From: the human T2T-CHM13v2.0 reference genome, Homo sapiens
DNA: 64,000 nucleotides
NCBI RefSeq assembly: GCF_009914755.1
Contig: NC_060942.1
Reading direction: 5' to 3' (one strand)
Below are positions 63,141-64,000 of this stretch, one piece after another. The notes below the pieces were generated by a model that saw only the letters and a list, made by a program, of their open reading frames with translations, made no database searches and had not been told where the DNA came from. Every line of letters begins with the position of its first letter. The first letter of the stretch is position 1. The position numbers and the translations under genes are program-made.

Positions 63141-64000
63141 ACAGACTGTGGTGTGTGTGTTTGGAGGGCGTGTCTCAAGGAAGAGAAGTAAAATACAATA
63201 CAAAACAAAACCTCGTTGTTGAGTATTAAGCAATGCAAACAAAAGCAGGGAAGAGGCGAGGCACAGAAAACAAGAGAAGTCTGACGTGCAAACCATGATT
63301 CATGTAGGTCACAGAAATCATTTACCTTCAATTGTGTTTGGCATAATGTTGAACTAAAGTTGAAATCAGTGCATTCTGTACACATTAGACTGTCTTCTGC
63401 TCCCTAGCACAGTGTCTACCATCCATGTGCATCCTCTCTGCTCCAAGAATAGACAGAGAACAAATTCACACAGACTCATTTGCACAGAATCCCATGTATA
63501 GCTTGAGTCTTTCTGTTTCTTTCTTAAGGCCCTCATCAAAGCCTGTGTGGAGTCAGTCTTTTTTCTCTACTGGACTATAAGCTTTCACCAGAGTCCACCC
63601 CAAACTGTACATGGTTCTATGGGTTTTATCAACAATGTAAGACTGGAAACCTCTTGAAGGTAGATGTTTCTTTGCAGGTCACTGCTGTCTGCCCACGTCA
63701 TTTTTTCAGGCACAGGGCAGATGACTGACACTTTGATGAATTAGCGAATGGAGCAGAACTCCTGGAGCCCATGGTGGAAGCTTCATTGCTCATGAATCAC
63801 AAAACCATTGGTTTTGATAGAGAGAAATCTAAAGGGATGGACAGAACAGCAAGAACAGTTTCTGCCAAATTCCATGCTTTGGGGACAGATTATGTCAGTA
63901 GAATCAAGGCAGTTTAAGGTTGTGCTTGAAGCCCATCTTACTAATTTTACTAATAGGAATGCTTACCTGCTTATAAGTGTGGTGTGGCAAAGTTGTGTGA

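Overview
Primate (almost certainly human) genomic DNA from the interior of PHLPP1 (PH domain and leucine-rich repeat protein phosphatase 1), on the + strand. Eight coding exons (1711-1806, 6778-6933, 28533-28733, 31924-32086, 45444-45574, 50183-50287, 59329-59523, 62212-62440; probably exons 9-16, numbering from memory) all have AG/GT boundaries and splice into one open frame. They encode the C-terminal LRRs and the first part of the PP2C/PPM-like domain. The rest (~98%) is intron, dense in Alus (many with clear TSDs), L1 fossils (including a 4.4-kb TSD-flanked L1 nested in an older L1), MaLR solo LTRs, MER DNA transposons, MIR/L2 and microsatellites. Most entries in the ORF track are Alu/L1 or chance ORFs. 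I see no evidence for a new multi-gene biological system. The best leads are a candidate frame-preserving 24-nt microexon at the LRR/PP2C junction, degenerate catalytic motifs in the PP2C domain, an unexplained 92-bp ungapped duplication, and inverted-Alu geometries predicting dsRNA or circRNA. Repeat subfamily names come from recalled consensus sequences, and boundaries are approximate where no TSD is quoted.
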